This document shows, in pieces, positions 1 to 9,397 of a stretch of DNA of 64,000 nucleotides. A program made the translations under genes and the position numbers. Positions within the stretch are counted from its first letter, which is position 1. The number at the start of each line of letters is the position of its first letter. Under the pieces are notes generated by a model that made no database searches, was not told the origin of the DNA, and saw only the letters and a program-made list of their open reading frames with translations. Origin of the DNA: a virus; IMG/VR virus record IMGVR_UViG_3300047496_000382. One strand, given 5' to 3'.

Positions 1-54
1 TACACCATCGACGACATCGTCAACATCTCGGAACAAGCACTCGACGACGAGTGA
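1..54 (+). CDS. 3' end of a hypothetical protein (partial, ...YTIDDIVNISEQALDDE*)
   Basis: Open frame from base 1 to TGA at 52-54 with GC3-rich codons; overlaps the RBS of the next gene. Confidence 0.5.
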   Translation, partial: YTIDDIVNISEQALDDE

Positions 55-62
55 GGAGCCCC

Positions 63-506
63 ATGGCTGCGAAGAAGCGAGACATCAAGAAGGTCGACAT
101 CACGGCGGTGCCTGAAGTCGTCGAGTTCGAGAACGCGAAGGCCGAGCTGCAGGGCTTCAAGGAGATGCACGCAGACGTCTTCGCCGAGTACGCCGAGTAC
201 GTCGAGAGGTACAACACGACGCTCGAGGCGGCCGAGCGCGCGTGCCGTGAAAAAGAGGCGAGCTGCGGTGACTTCGACCTCTACCAGTACACGACCAAGT
301 ACGACGCCGAAGCTCTCTACAACGCCGTCGGGCGCGACGAATTCATGAAGCTCGGTGGGAAAATCGACACTGTCGCCAAGTACAGCGTCGAGAAGGCCCG
401 CATCGAAGCTGCCATCGCGCAGGGACTCGTCACACCCGCCGTCGCAGCGGTCGTCCGCAAAGAGGTGCCGAGCTACCACGTTCCAGACAAAGTGGTCCTG
501 GCGTGA
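63..506 (+). CDS. hypothetical phage protein (147 aa)
   Basis: GAGGAG RBS before ATG 63; phage-like codon usage; GTGA overlap with next gene. Confidence 0.75.
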   Translation: MAAKKRDIKKVDITAVPEVVEFENAKAELQGFKEMHADVFAEYAEYVERYNTTLEAAERACREKEASCGDFDLYQYTTKYDAEALYNAVGRDEFMKLGGKIDTVAKYSVEKARIEAAIAQGLVTPAVAAVVRKEVPSYHVPDKVVLA

Positions 507-811
507 GGGCCGTGGTGACCGCAGAGAAGAAGGGCGAGAAGCCCGTGGTCTTGCGCGACCAGCAATTCGACCCACTCACCGCGCTCTACACGCCGGGGCC
601 TGGACCGCACGCCAACATCGGGTTCAACATCGGACGACAGGTCAACTTCGGCGAGCTGTCCATCAAGGCCATCGTCACGGTGCAGTGTGACCAGAACGAG
701 CAGACTGTTCGTCGCGCTGCGGAAATGGCCTTCGGCATCGCACTCGACTTCATGAACGAGGGCTTCGAGACCTTGATGCCCGTCGCCAGGACGCCCAAGG
801 AGGGAGCATGA
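503..811 (+). CDS. hypothetical protein (102 aa)
   Basis: Coupled by 4-nt overlaps to both neighbours. Confidence 0.7.
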   Translation: MRAVVTAEKKGEKPVVLRDQQFDPLTALYTPGPGPHANIGFNIGRQVNFGELSIKAIVTVQCDQNEQTVRRAAEMAFGIALDFMNEGFETLMPVARTPKEGA

Positions 812-1146
812 TTCGAGGCACACCGATGTTCGACGCGCTGGTCGTCGGAGACTTCACCTGCGACCTAACAGGCGCCACCGTGGCGCTCGTCGCGAAGGCG
901 GCGTTCGTCAACCGTGAAACGGGGCACACGCACGGCTGGACACGTCAGACGTCGTGGTCTCCGGCAACGCTGTCGAAGCTCGCAGAGCTCCGCACGCTGA
1001 TGGAAATAGACCTTGGGCGTACGCACCTCATCGACGGAGGTGAGGATGTCTCCGGTAGTCAGTTCGTTCGTCCGCAGCCATCGCAGGGTGACGCAGACGG
1101 CGATGGCGAAGGCGGACTCGGCGCACATCTCGCGACGCCGGCGTAG
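808..1146 (+). CDS. hypothetical protein (112 aa)
   Basis: GGAGGGAG RBS and ATGA overlap. Confidence 0.7.
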   Translation: MIRGTPMFDALVVGDFTCDLTGATVALVAKAAFVNRETGHTHGWTRQTSWSPATLSKLAELRTLMEIDLGRTHLIDGGEDVSGSQFVRPQPSQGDADGDGEGGLGAHLATPA

Positions 1147-1325
1147 CCGCAATGGATTGTGGTGCCTGTAAGAAACACCACAACAGGTAGTAGCGCAGAG
1201 CGGACAGTTGACCTTTGGCCCTTCACCGGCCAAGTTGACCGCCCGCTCTGCGCGTCTCCGCAAACAGTTTCTAGCCACCGGGATAAGACCAGTGCCCCGC
1301 CACCTGAACCTCGAAAGGGAGATGG
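1147..1325 (+). promoter_or_regulatory. structured intergenic region upstream of helicase (long hairpin, GTTGACC direct repeat, TTTCTAGC and GGGATAAG motifs)
   Basis: GCGCAGAGCGG 1193-1203 / CCGCTCTGCGC 1243-1253; TTGGCC 1215-1220 / GGCCAA 1228-1233; GTTGACC at 1207 and 1234; GGGATAAG 1280-1287. Confidence 0.55.
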
Positions 1326-2726
1326 ATGTCCGCTGAGTTTTCGCTCATCACGCGTATCTTGACCACCGGCGACATCGAGCCGGTGCTGAAGTTCGGCATC
1401 ACGAAGGACGACTTCGTGCAAGGCGCAGCTCGCACGTACTGGGACTACATCCTCAACTACTACTCGAACCCCGGCACACATGGGTCAGTCATCAACATCC
1501 CCGCGACTGAACGCCACTTCGGCCAGTTCACCGGGGTCGATGCCCATCCGTCGTACACCACAGAAGCACTCTGTTCTGAAGTTCGACGCGCACGCATCTA
1601 CACGCAAGCCTCCGAAGCACTGGTGGCCTGCTCGAACCGCATCAGCTCTCCGCTAGAGGCGCCAGAAGCCGCGCTTGCAGAGCTGCAGGCGAAGCTGCAA
1701 GGCCTCATCGCACTGGGTAGCCGCGGCAACACCGACGTCTTCATGGCCCCCGCCCTGAGCCGTCTCGTCAACCGCCTGCGCATGATGAAAGACGGGCACG
1801 ACTTCTCCACGATGAAGTGGCCCTGGGAGGTTCTCAACCGCGCCACACAGGGCATCCAGCCCGACGACTACGTGGTGTTCTACGGCCGTCCGAAGAACAT
1901 GAAGACGTGGGTCCTGTGCGCCCTCATCGCATGGGCCTTCGAGAACGGGAAGCGCTTCCTCGTCTACACGAAGGAGATGACACCCGACAATCTCTACCAG
2001 CGCGTTGCCGCCTGCATCTGTCGCCTGGACTACTCCGGCATCACCACTGGCACGCTCAGCGATGCGGAGCTGCACGAGCTGGAGATGCTGACCGCGGCGG
2101 TCGAACAGGACTTGCTGATGAGTCAGCAGATGACTGTACTTGCTGGCGCCGACGTTGCGCCCGGCGCAGACACCGTTGCGTGGCTCGAGGGCAAGGTCAA
2201 GCAGTACAAGCCCGACATCCTGTTCGTCGACGGCATGTACCTCCTGTCCGATGAGCAAGCGAAGAAGGGCACTGCTGACCACGTGCGCGTGATGAACATC
2301 TCGCGCGGACTCCGCGCCATGATTCTGCGTACGAAGGTGCCTGTCATCTGCACCCTGCAGGCGAACCGAAAGGCAGCGGGGCATAGCGCCGCGAACCTCG
2401 AGGAAATCGCCTACTCGGACGCCATCGGTCAGGACGCCACACTCGCTGCACGCGTCATCGCCGACAAGAACAGCCCGACGGTGTCCATCTTGGTTGGCGG
2501 CTCGCGCGAGTTCAAACTCCACGGTTTTCGCATCAACGGCGTGCCCGCGCGTGATTTTAGCTACCACTCTGAGCTGACCGAGAGTGACATCCAGAAGGCC
2601 CTTGAAGCGGAAGCCGAAGAGGCCGAGGAGCAAGCAAAGCAGGCGAAGCAAGCGAGGAAGAAGGGGGGCCTCCGTGCACCCGCAGCGGTGCCGAACGCGA
2701 ACATGCGCGAGGTTGGACCACAGTGA
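1326..2726 (+). CDS. dnaB: DnaB-like replicative helicase (SF4)
   Basis: Walker A-like YGRPKNMKT, Walker B LFVDGMYLL, QANR motif, IAYSDAIGQDA; directly upstream of primase. Confidence 0.9.
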   Translation: MSAEFSLITRILTTGDIEPVLKFGITKDDFVQGAARTYWDYILNYYSNPGTHGSVINIPATERHFGQFTGVDAHPSYTTEALCSEVRRARIYTQASEALVACSNRISSPLEAPEAALAELQAKLQGLIALGSRGNTDVFMAPALSRLVNRLRMMKDGHDFSTMKWPWEVLNRATQGIQPDDYVVFYGRPKNMKTWVLCALIAWAFENGKRFLVYTKEMTPDNLYQRVAACICRLDYSGITTGTLSDAELHELEMLTAAVEQDLLMSQQMTVLAGADVAPGADTVAWLEGKVKQYKPDILFVDGMYLLSDEQAKKGTADHVRVMNISRGLRAMILRTKVPVICTLQANRKAAGHSAANLEEIAYSDAIGQDATLAARVIADKNSPTVSILVGGSREFKLHGFRINGVPARDFSYHSELTESDIQKALEAEAEEAEEQAKQAKQARKKGGLRAPAAVPNANMREVGPQ

Positions 2727-3745
2727 GCGCAGAAGAAGTCCTGCGCGTCGTCGCGCCGTATCTCTCGAAGTACCGCAGGACGAGCAACGCCGAGCTGAAC
2801 GCGGTCTGTCCGTTCCACCGAAAGGCGGACGGCCGCGAAGAGAAGGGCCCGTCTTTCTACCTCAACCTGATGACTGGCCTCTGGTGGTGCCACTCGTGCC
2901 ATCTCGGCGGCGGTCTTCGCAAGTTCCTCCGTGAAGCAGGGGCACCCACCACTGAGTTCACGAGGAATGCGTACTTGCTGGAGGAGGTCGCAAAGAACGC
3001 ACCGCCTCGTCCAGACCCCGCGCGCCCGCGGTCGCCCTCAAGCGATGCGCCTCTCGAAGAGCAGTTCCTCGGTCTCTTCGACACCATTCCGCAGCAACTC
3101 CTCGAGCCGGAGATTGACGACGACGGACGCATCGACGCCCCGTACAGCGCCGAGGTGATACGGCACTTGGACATCGGTCTCGACCGCGTGCACCAGCGCA
3201 TCACCTTCCCGCTGCGTGACATGGACTGCAGGCTTATCGGCATCAGCGGACGCGCCATCGAGAAAGGAGTGAAACCCCGCTACAAAGTCTACGACAAGGA
3301 GTACCTGCGCTGGGGTCTTCCGGAGAGGAAGCTGGAGAAGAGCGCGATGCTCTGGAACTACCAGAACGTGCTGCCGCAGGTTCTGTTCACCGAACCGAAG
3401 GACCGATACGTTGTCCTCGTCGAGGGCTTCAAGGCCTGCATGCGCCTCGTCGATTCGGGCATAAGGAGCACGGTGGCCCTGCTAGGCTCCTACCTCGCAC
3501 CAGAGCAACTGTGGTTGCTCGAACGTCTCGGAGCAACAGTCTTCGTGATGCTCGACAATGACGAAGCCGGATATAACGCCATCCTCCCTACCTGCCTACT
3601 GCTGTCGAAAAGCCTCCCAGTCCGTCTGGTGGGCTACGAAGCAGACCAGCCAAACTACCTGACCGCCGAGGAGATACACACCGCTCTGGACAACGCGCCG
3701 TTCTTCCTGCCCTGGTACATCAGCCAAAAACTTCAACAGAACTGA
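2723..3745 (+). CDS. dnaG: DnaG-like primase (CHC2 Zn finger + TOPRIM)
   Basis: CPFH...SF...WWCHSC Zn finger; VLVEGFKAC; MLDNDEAG (DxD). Confidence 0.9.
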   Translation: MSAEEVLRVVAPYLSKYRRTSNAELNAVCPFHRKADGREEKGPSFYLNLMTGLWWCHSCHLGGGLRKFLREAGAPTTEFTRNAYLLEEVAKNAPPRPDPARPRSPSSDAPLEEQFLGLFDTIPQQLLEPEIDDDGRIDAPYSAEVIRHLDIGLDRVHQRITFPLRDMDCRLIGISGRAIEKGVKPRYKVYDKEYLRWGLPERKLEKSAMLWNYQNVLPQVLFTEPKDRYVVLVEGFKACMRLVDSGIRSTVALLGSYLAPEQLWLLERLGATVFVMLDNDEAGYNAILPTCLLLSKSLPVRLVGYEADQPNYLTAEEIHTALDNAPFFLPWYISQKLQQN

Positions 3746-3754
3746 CGAGGACAC

Positions 3755-4906
3755 ATGGCCTTCGGAAAAGACTCTCGTGGGAAAAGTGCAGTCGGCAACT
3801 TCCGCCAGATGAGTGAGAAGTTCGCGACCAACGGCCGCCCGCAGCGCAGCGGCAAGGGCGGAGTGCCCTACTTCATCAACCAGTACAAGCCGCCTGTCGC
3901 AGAGACGGACCGCATCCGCCTGCGTCCTGGACAGTACCTGCAGCCCGACGTGCGTATTGGCGACGACGGTAAGCCTCTCGTCGTAGACGTCGAGATGCCC
4001 TACATCAAGTTCATCGAGCACTTCGACGGCGGACGCAACAAGAGTTGCATCTGCAGCGCGGGCGCTCTCGCTGGCTACAAGGACCTTCGGCGGCCGTGCC
4101 GTGGCTGCGACATCTTCTGGGCGACCTGCGCGCGCAACAGCGAAGGCCGTCTCGAGTCGCAGCGCATGAGCAAACAGAACAAGTTCGCGCTCAGCATCTT
4201 CGACTTCGGCAAGTACCACAAGGTCGAGCAACGCGACCCAACCACCGGACAAGTCAAGGTCAGCAGCAGCACCAAGGAGCCGTACTTCAACTGGCTCAAG
4301 TGCGTCGGCCAGGGCTGCCAGTGGTGCCGCGAGAACAAGGAGACCAAGGTCGGTGACGCGCGTCACTGGCCGATGAGCTTCTCCGACTTCCAGGTCATCC
4401 GCAGCATCGACCCGAACGTCGGACGGAGCTGCGCACGCTGCGGCACCGTCGACTGCATCCAGAGCCTCGCGTGGCTGTGCACGAACTGCGGCGAGGCGGT
4501 CATCGACATGTCATCGACCACGATGACGAACAAGGAGATTCTCGACACAACGGACAAGGACGTCACGTGCGCCCTCTGCCAGAATGTCGGTCTCCTCACG
4601 GAAATCTACGAGTGCCTTCCCTGCTCGCAACGCGGACAAGAGGGCATCCGCGCCTCGGTCTTCGATGTCGACCTCTACGTCACGCTCGTCGACGTGGGGA
4701 ACAACAAGAAGATTCTCCAGGTCTCGCGGTGGTCAGCGCCGTACCTGCTCGGACCGGAGTACAACGACATCGCGAAGCCTGTCGACCTCGTGACGTTGTT
4801 CAAGCCGACGCCGATGGCGACACAGGAGGAGCTCTTCGGTCCGGTGCCGAACACGCAGCCGACTGGGCCTGTCGCTGACCCGGGTACCGGGAAGCAGTAC
4901 GCCTGA
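3755..4906 (+). CDS. gp32-like ssDNA-binding protein with extra Zn-ribbon insertions
   Basis: EHF-x8-C...C-x2-C resembles the T4 gp32 Zn site; lies between primase and polymerase; several further CxxC pairs. Confidence 0.55.
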   Translation: MAFGKDSRGKSAVGNFRQMSEKFATNGRPQRSGKGGVPYFINQYKPPVAETDRIRLRPGQYLQPDVRIGDDGKPLVVDVEMPYIKFIEHFDGGRNKSCICSAGALAGYKDLRRPCRGCDIFWATCARNSEGRLESQRMSKQNKFALSIFDFGKYHKVEQRDPTTGQVKVSSSTKEPYFNWLKCVGQGCQWCRENKETKVGDARHWPMSFSDFQVIRSIDPNVGRSCARCGTVDCIQSLAWLCTNCGEAVIDMSSTTMTNKEILDTTDKDVTCALCQNVGLLTEIYECLPCSQRGQEGIRASVFDVDLYVTLVDVGNNKKILQVSRWSAPYLLGPEYNDIAKPVDLVTLFKPTPMATQEELFGPVPNTQPTGPVADPGTGKQYA

Positions 4907-4914
4907 TGACACAG

Positions 4915-4936
4915 GGGCCCACCTTCGGGTGGGCCC
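4915..4936 (+). terminator. stem-loop with cUUCGg tetraloop (terminator or processing hairpin)
   Basis: GGGCCCACC-TTCG-GGTGGGCCC; weak U-tract. Confidence 0.55.
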
Positions 4937-4954
4937 TCACTTCACGAGGTTTAT

Positions 4955-7018
4955 ATGGCTTGGAACATAGAGCTACCATCTGCCCACTGGTTCGACCTGG
5001 GCAGCGAAGGCCTCGATGGTCTCATTCGTGAGGTGATGGACCAGCCCGTAGTGGCCATCGACACCGAGACTACAGGTCTGTCGATTCACGCGGATGAGCC
5101 CCTCTTCTGGTCACTCTCCTGGGACGAGACGCGCGTGTGCATGCCGGTGTCCACGATGCCGCTCTTTCGTCGTGCCTTCGCCGACACCAACAAGGCCTGG
5201 GTCCTGGCAAACGCGAAGTTCGACATGCACATGCTGGCGAACAACCGCGCCGAGAGCATGGAGCTCGCAGGGCACGTCTACGACATCTCCGTGATGCACG
5301 CGCTGCTGTACGAAGAGGACTCGCACGCGCTCAAGGACATGGCCAAGCAGGTGCTGGGTTGGCGGTGGTCCGACTTCTTCGACACCTTCAAGCCTCAGAT
5401 GGTCGTCGACTCTTCCAAGCACAACCGCGTGGTGTCGCGTCCCGGCAAGCCGGATGAAATCATCATCCCGCAACGGCGCGAGTCCGTCGGCGAGATGCTC
5501 CATCGCGCACACCAGACCAACTTGCCCCTCCTGGTCGAGTACGCCTCGAACGACGCGTACGGCACGATGAAGCTCTTCGAAGCGCTCAAGAAGAAGCTCG
5601 AGGCGACGAACGTCTACAGCCTGTATCCGCAGTGGCTGGCGACGATGTCCGACGTCTTCTTCAAGACAGAGGCGCCCTTCACGCGCGTCCTGTGGGAGTG
5701 CGAGCGCAACGGCGTGTACGTCAATCGGGCGTATATGGAGAGCCTGCGCGGTCCGATGGGCGCAGAGGTAAATGACCTCAACCGTGAGATGGTATTTCTC
5801 TCGGGCAACCCCCTCTTCAACTCGAACTCCAGACAGCACCTCTGTGATTACTTCATCACGAAGAAGGGGCTGCGCCCGCTGACGTCCACGAAGGGCGGCG
5901 CGACCGGCATCAAGCAACCCTCCATCGACAAGGGCTTCCTCGAACACTACGAGCACGAAGAGCCGATGGCAGCGTTGATGCTGCGCCACCGCAAGCTCTC
6001 GAAGCTCATCGGCACGTACATCGACGGAGCGAACAAGCACTACGACTCCCGCGGTCGAATCCACACGCGCTTCAACCAAGACGTCGCACGCACTGGACGC
6101 CTCTCGAGCTCCGACCCGAACCTCCAGAACATCCCGCAGCCGGACAAGGACAAGTTCAAGCTGCGCGGGGGCTTCCAGGCAGAAGACGGGAACATGCTCA
6201 TCGTCGGCGACTACGAGCAGCTCGAGATGCGACTGCTGGCCTGCGCGACGGTGACAGACAAGAACCCCGAGGGTGCTCGGGACATGATTCAGCTCTTCTT
6301 GGACGGCAAAGACATCCACATAGGCAACGCCGCGATGGTGTTCGGCCCGCTCTACAAGAAGCAGTACGACTTCGACTTGACCTACGAATTCATCAAAGAG
6401 GCGAAGAAAATCGATGGGCAGGTCAAGGACGGCAAGCTCTCGAAGGAGGCCAAGACGCGGCTGCACGAGCTCGCGCTCGAAGCACGCAATCGCATCAAGT
6501 CTGTCGCCTTCGGCATGAACTACGGCCTGAAGGAGAACAAGCTCGCGCGGCAGCTGGGCATCACGAAGGACGAAGCGCTCGCCATCATGAGTGCCTACCT
6601 CGAGACCTACCCGGCAGTGCAGCAGTTCTACGACGACGCCATCGGGGAGACGCGCGAGACCGGCTACTCCTTCACGCTCCTCGGCCGCCGACGCTTCCAC
6701 CCAGCCATCAACTCGCACAACAACATGGACCGCTGGAGCGAAGAGCGAAAGGCGGTGAACAACCAGATTCAAGGGACTGCCGCTGACGCCGTTCGCCTGG
6801 CGATGCTCGCCTGCCACAGCGCCAAGCTCGACTACCTCTACGGCTGCAAGATGCTCATGCAGGTGCACGACGAGCTCATGTTCGAGTGCCCGGAGGAGAC
6901 TGCCCAGGAGGCGCGCGCGCACATCAAGCACATCATGGAGCACCCCTTCCCGACGGAGCTCGCCGTGCCGCTCGACGTCTCCATCGGTATCGGCAAGTCC
7001 TGGAACACGGCCAAATGA
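4955..7018 (+). CDS. polA: family A DNA polymerase with 3'-5' exonuclease, no 5'-3' exonuclease domain
   Basis: ExoI AIDTETTG, ExoII ANAKFD, ExoIII YASNDA; TGRLSSSDPNLQNIP; motif A GDYEQLEMR; motif B RIKSVAFGMNYG; motif C QVHDEL. Confidence 0.97.
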   Translation: MAWNIELPSAHWFDLGSEGLDGLIREVMDQPVVAIDTETTGLSIHADEPLFWSLSWDETRVCMPVSTMPLFRRAFADTNKAWVLANAKFDMHMLANNRAESMELAGHVYDISVMHALLYEEDSHALKDMAKQVLGWRWSDFFDTFKPQMVVDSSKHNRVVSRPGKPDEIIIPQRRESVGEMLHRAHQTNLPLLVEYASNDAYGTMKLFEALKKKLEATNVYSLYPQWLATMSDVFFKTEAPFTRVLWECERNGVYVNRAYMESLRGPMGAEVNDLNREMVFLSGNPLFNSNSRQHLCDYFITKKGLRPLTSTKGGATGIKQPSIDKGFLEHYEHEEPMAALMLRHRKLSKLIGTYIDGANKHYDSRGRIHTRFNQDVARTGRLSSSDPNLQNIPQPDKDKFKLRGGFQAEDGNMLIVGDYEQLEMRLLACATVTDKNPEGARDMIQLFLDGKDIHIGNAAMVFGPLYKKQYDFDLTYEFIKEAKKIDGQVKDGKLSKEAKTRLHELALEARNRIKSVAFGMNYGLKENKLARQLGITKDEALAIMSAYLETYPAVQQFYDDAIGETRETGYSFTLLGRRRFHPAINSHNNMDRWSEERKAVNNQIQGTAADAVRLAMLACHSAKLDYLYGCKMLMQVHDELMFECPEETAQEARAHIKHIMEHPFPTELAVPLDVSIGIGKSWNTAK

Positions 7019-7377
7019 ACAAGAAGACGGTGGCTCGTCTCAAGAGCGACCTCGACGCGCGCACCGCAAGCCAGCTCGGCTTCAGCGCCAAGCATGTTGG
7101 TGCCATCACGCACGCGTTTCTCTACGAAGTGATTCGGGCCTTGGCCGAGGGAGACGCAGTTCATCTCCGCGGCCTCGGCACGGTCTACGCGACCATCCGA
7201 ACGAAGAAGACGTACGAGGCGAACTTGCTACGCGGAGCGAACGCACCGCCGCCGGCAACTCCAACGCGCCTCCGTACGCAGGTCTACCTCACGATGAAGA
7301 AGGGACCCGCCCTGACCGCGGCCATCAGGCAACGGTACGGGCTCAACAAGAAGAAGGGAGTGCGCGATGTCGATTGA
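7015..7377 (+). CDS. HU/IHF-like DNA-binding protein (120 aa)
   Basis: ATGA overlap with polA stop; basic; ALAEGDAVHLRGLGTV matches the HU L..G..V.L.GFG.F signature. Confidence 0.7.
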   Translation: MNKKTVARLKSDLDARTASQLGFSAKHVGAITHAFLYEVIRALAEGDAVHLRGLGTVYATIRTKKTYEANLLRGANAPPPATPTRLRTQVYLTMKKGPALTAAIRQRYGLNKKKGVRDVD

Positions 7378-7540
7378 CAAGTTCGCAGTAGACGAGGGCA
7401 CGGACGACGAACAGCTTGCAAAGCTGGCGTCACAGGGCTGCCCGAAGTGCGGCAAGCCGCCGGTGAGGCAGGGCCGCGTGCTGCTCTGTCCGGTGCACGG
7501 CTCGGAGCCCTTCGAGCAAGCAACGAAGTCCACCAAGTAG
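7367..7540 (+). CDS. 57-aa Zn-ribbon microprotein (below ORF-track cutoff)
   Basis: MSIDKF...CPKCG...LLCPVHG; AAGGGAG RBS; fills the gap before recA. Confidence 0.7.
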   Translation: MSIDKFAVDEGTDDEQLAKLASQGCPKCGKPPVRQGRVLLCPVHGSEPFEQATKSTK

Positions 7541-7574
7541 CTCAACCACCCTCTACGCCAGCCACAGGAACACC

Positions 7575-8855
7575 ATGTCCAAGCCGACACTCGCAGAAAT
7601 CAACAAGAAGGTCGCCGCGCTCGAGACGAAGATGAACCGCAACCCCGAGGTGAAGGGCGCGCAGGTGATGGTAGACATCCACGAGGCGCCCAACACCTAC
7701 TTCCTCCGGCGTCCGTCAGGCGTGATGTCGCTGGACATCGACACCGGCGGAGGTCTCCCGAGCGGAGGCCTCACGTACCTCTCCGGTCCTGATGGCGCCG
7801 GCAAGACGTTCCTCCTCTACAAGTACATGGCGCTAAACCAGAAGCTCTACGGCAACGCGTCCGTGGTCGCTCTGGGTGTCAGCGAGGCGGCACCAGACCA
7901 CTTCTTCATGCGCAAATGCGGGATGCAGATTGCAATCCCCGAGGACATGATTGAGGAGCGCGTCACCGAGCGGAAACTGCGGGGGTGGCCGCCGTTCTCG
8001 AAGGACGAGCTGAAGAGCTTCCGCGCCAAGACCGTAGGGCGCGTGATGCTGCTTCGTGGTGCCAACGGCGAAGAGCTGCTCGGCGCACTGCTCGACTGCT
8101 TCGAAAGCAAGGCGTTCGACATCTGCGGACTCGACTCCGTCTCCGCCGTTCTTCCCGAGGCCGACGCAGGCAAGGACCTGGACGAAGGCGCCAAGCGTGC
8201 CGCGGCGGCGAGCATGCTCACGCGTTTCTTCCAGCACTACCTCAACGGCACGACCGGGTACTACGGCGTCAACCCGACGACCGTGATTTTCACCTCGCAG
8301 GTGCGCGCCAACGCCAAGAAGGCCGAGGCCCTACCGCACATCCAGAAGTACCTCCCCGACTACGCTCCCGTCGGCGCGTGGGCCGCGAAGCACGGCAAGC
8401 TCATCGACATCCTCATCAAGCCGGGGAGCAAGGAGAAGGAGTCGGTCAACGTCACCGGCGGCGCGCTCAGCGAGGAGAAGCGCACGCGCAGGGTCCAGGT
8501 CGGCAAGAGCGTCGTCTACGAGGTGCTGAAGGGGAAGGCCGGGCTCCACGAGGGCATCACCGGCGAATTCGACTTCCACTTCCCTGCCAACCCTGCCGAA
8601 CGCAACGACCCGAACATCCCGCTCACGTTCGACCAACGCGGTGTCATCGTCGCTGGCATCCAATCCGGCGTCATCCGCGAAGACAGCGCGGGCGTGACCG
8701 TCCTCCACCCCTTCTCTGGAGAGCCGTACCCCGAGCTGGCGAACCTCGCCGGCACCGAGATGCTCGCCGGGATGATGCTGCAAGATTTCGAGCTCGAGCT
8801 GCTAGTCCGCCGTGCGGTGCTGAGCGCGCGGGGTATCGAGTGCGCCTATCGCTGA
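7575..8855 (+). CDS. recA: RecA/UvsX-like recombinase
   Basis: RRPSGVMSLDIDTGGGLPSGGLTYLSGPDGAGKT (Walker A); ICGLDSVSAV (Walker B); VIFTSQVR. Confidence 0.88.
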   Translation: MSKPTLAEINKKVAALETKMNRNPEVKGAQVMVDIHEAPNTYFLRRPSGVMSLDIDTGGGLPSGGLTYLSGPDGAGKTFLLYKYMALNQKLYGNASVVALGVSEAAPDHFFMRKCGMQIAIPEDMIEERVTERKLRGWPPFSKDELKSFRAKTVGRVMLLRGANGEELLGALLDCFESKAFDICGLDSVSAVLPEADAGKDLDEGAKRAAAASMLTRFFQHYLNGTTGYYGVNPTTVIFTSQVRANAKKAEALPHIQKYLPDYAPVGAWAAKHGKLIDILIKPGSKEKESVNVTGGALSEEKRTRRVQVGKSVVYEVLKGKAGLHEGITGEFDFHFPANPAERNDPNIPLTFDQRGVIVAGIQSGVIREDSAGVTVLHPFSGEPYPELANLAGTEMLAGMMLQDFELELLVRRAVLSARGIECAYR

Positions 8856-9397
8856 CGGTTGAACAGACCCAGGAGCCCTGCGCCGTGTGCGGGACTCCTG
8901 GGGGTCTCTTGTTCGCTTTCGTCGTCGGGGGGCACGCTGGACAGGCTGAGCGCCTATGCGCGCGCTGTCTCTCACGACCCGGAGGCAACGCTCTCGACGT
9001 CGAGCTCGAGCCCCTCGTAACCGGACCCTTGCCGCGTCGCAAAGCTCTCCGAAAGAACCAACGCCTGTCACTAAAGCAGGAGCTGGAACTGGCAGAAGAG
9101 CTTGGGATGCAAAGGCAACCTGGGTCAGGCAACCAGGACAGCGCGAAGAGCGACCTCCGCCTCAAGAACGTCGCCCGCTACGAAGCCAAGTTCACGTACG
9201 CCAACTCGTTCTCCTTGCAGCTCGACGAGCTCTACAAGCTGAACGGCGAACTCCAAGGAGCCGAGCGTCCCGCCTTCATCATCGACTTCCGTGAACGTGG
9301 GTCGAAGTCCCTGCGCGACCGATTTGTGGTCGTACCGTTCGAAGACTTCAAGGAGCTACATGCCGCTCGCGTCAATCGCAGACCTCAACGGGCCTGA
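8840..9397 (+). CDS. N-terminal Zn finger + PD-(D/E)XK Hjc-like resolvase/nuclease
   Basis: GTG start inferred at 8840 (track ORF 7985 is extended by a shadow frame); CAVC/CARC; QELE...RQPGSG...SDL...YEAK. Confidence 0.65.
   Translation: MRLSLTVEQTQEPCAVCGTPGGLLFAFVVGGHAGQAERLCARCLSRPGGNALDVELEPLVTGPLPRRKALRKNQRLSLKQELELAEELGMQRQPGSGNQDSAKSDLRLKNVARYEAKFTYANSFSLQLDELYKLNGELQGAERPAFIIDFRERGSKSLRDRFVVVPFEDFKELHAARVNRRPQRA

Noticed and set aside
1158-1187. Classic H-type pseudoknot, preQ1 or HDV-like ribozyme
   Set aside because: Loops L1 and L3 would be 0 nt; preQ1 A-tract and HDV catalytic junction absent; kept only as alternative folds
1215-1233. TTGGCC-CTTCACC-GGCCAA as a UCA (Sec) anticodon arm
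   Set aside because: No D arm, T arm or acceptor stem around it, and no purine at position 37
5111-6943. 610-aa antisense ORF and similar long ORFs (1653-2651, 13741-15237, 22392-23561, 28951-30117)
   Set aside because: Shadow frames opposite well-supported genes, expected at high GC3; no motifs or RBS
7985-8839. N-terminal 285 aa of the 470-aa track ORF
   Set aside because: Arg/Ala-rich off-frame read of recA; only the part from GTG 8840 has real motifs
4955-8855. Inteins or introns in polA and recA
   Set aside because: Both ORFs are continuous and of ordinary length, with no C/S...HN-C/S/T splice motifs
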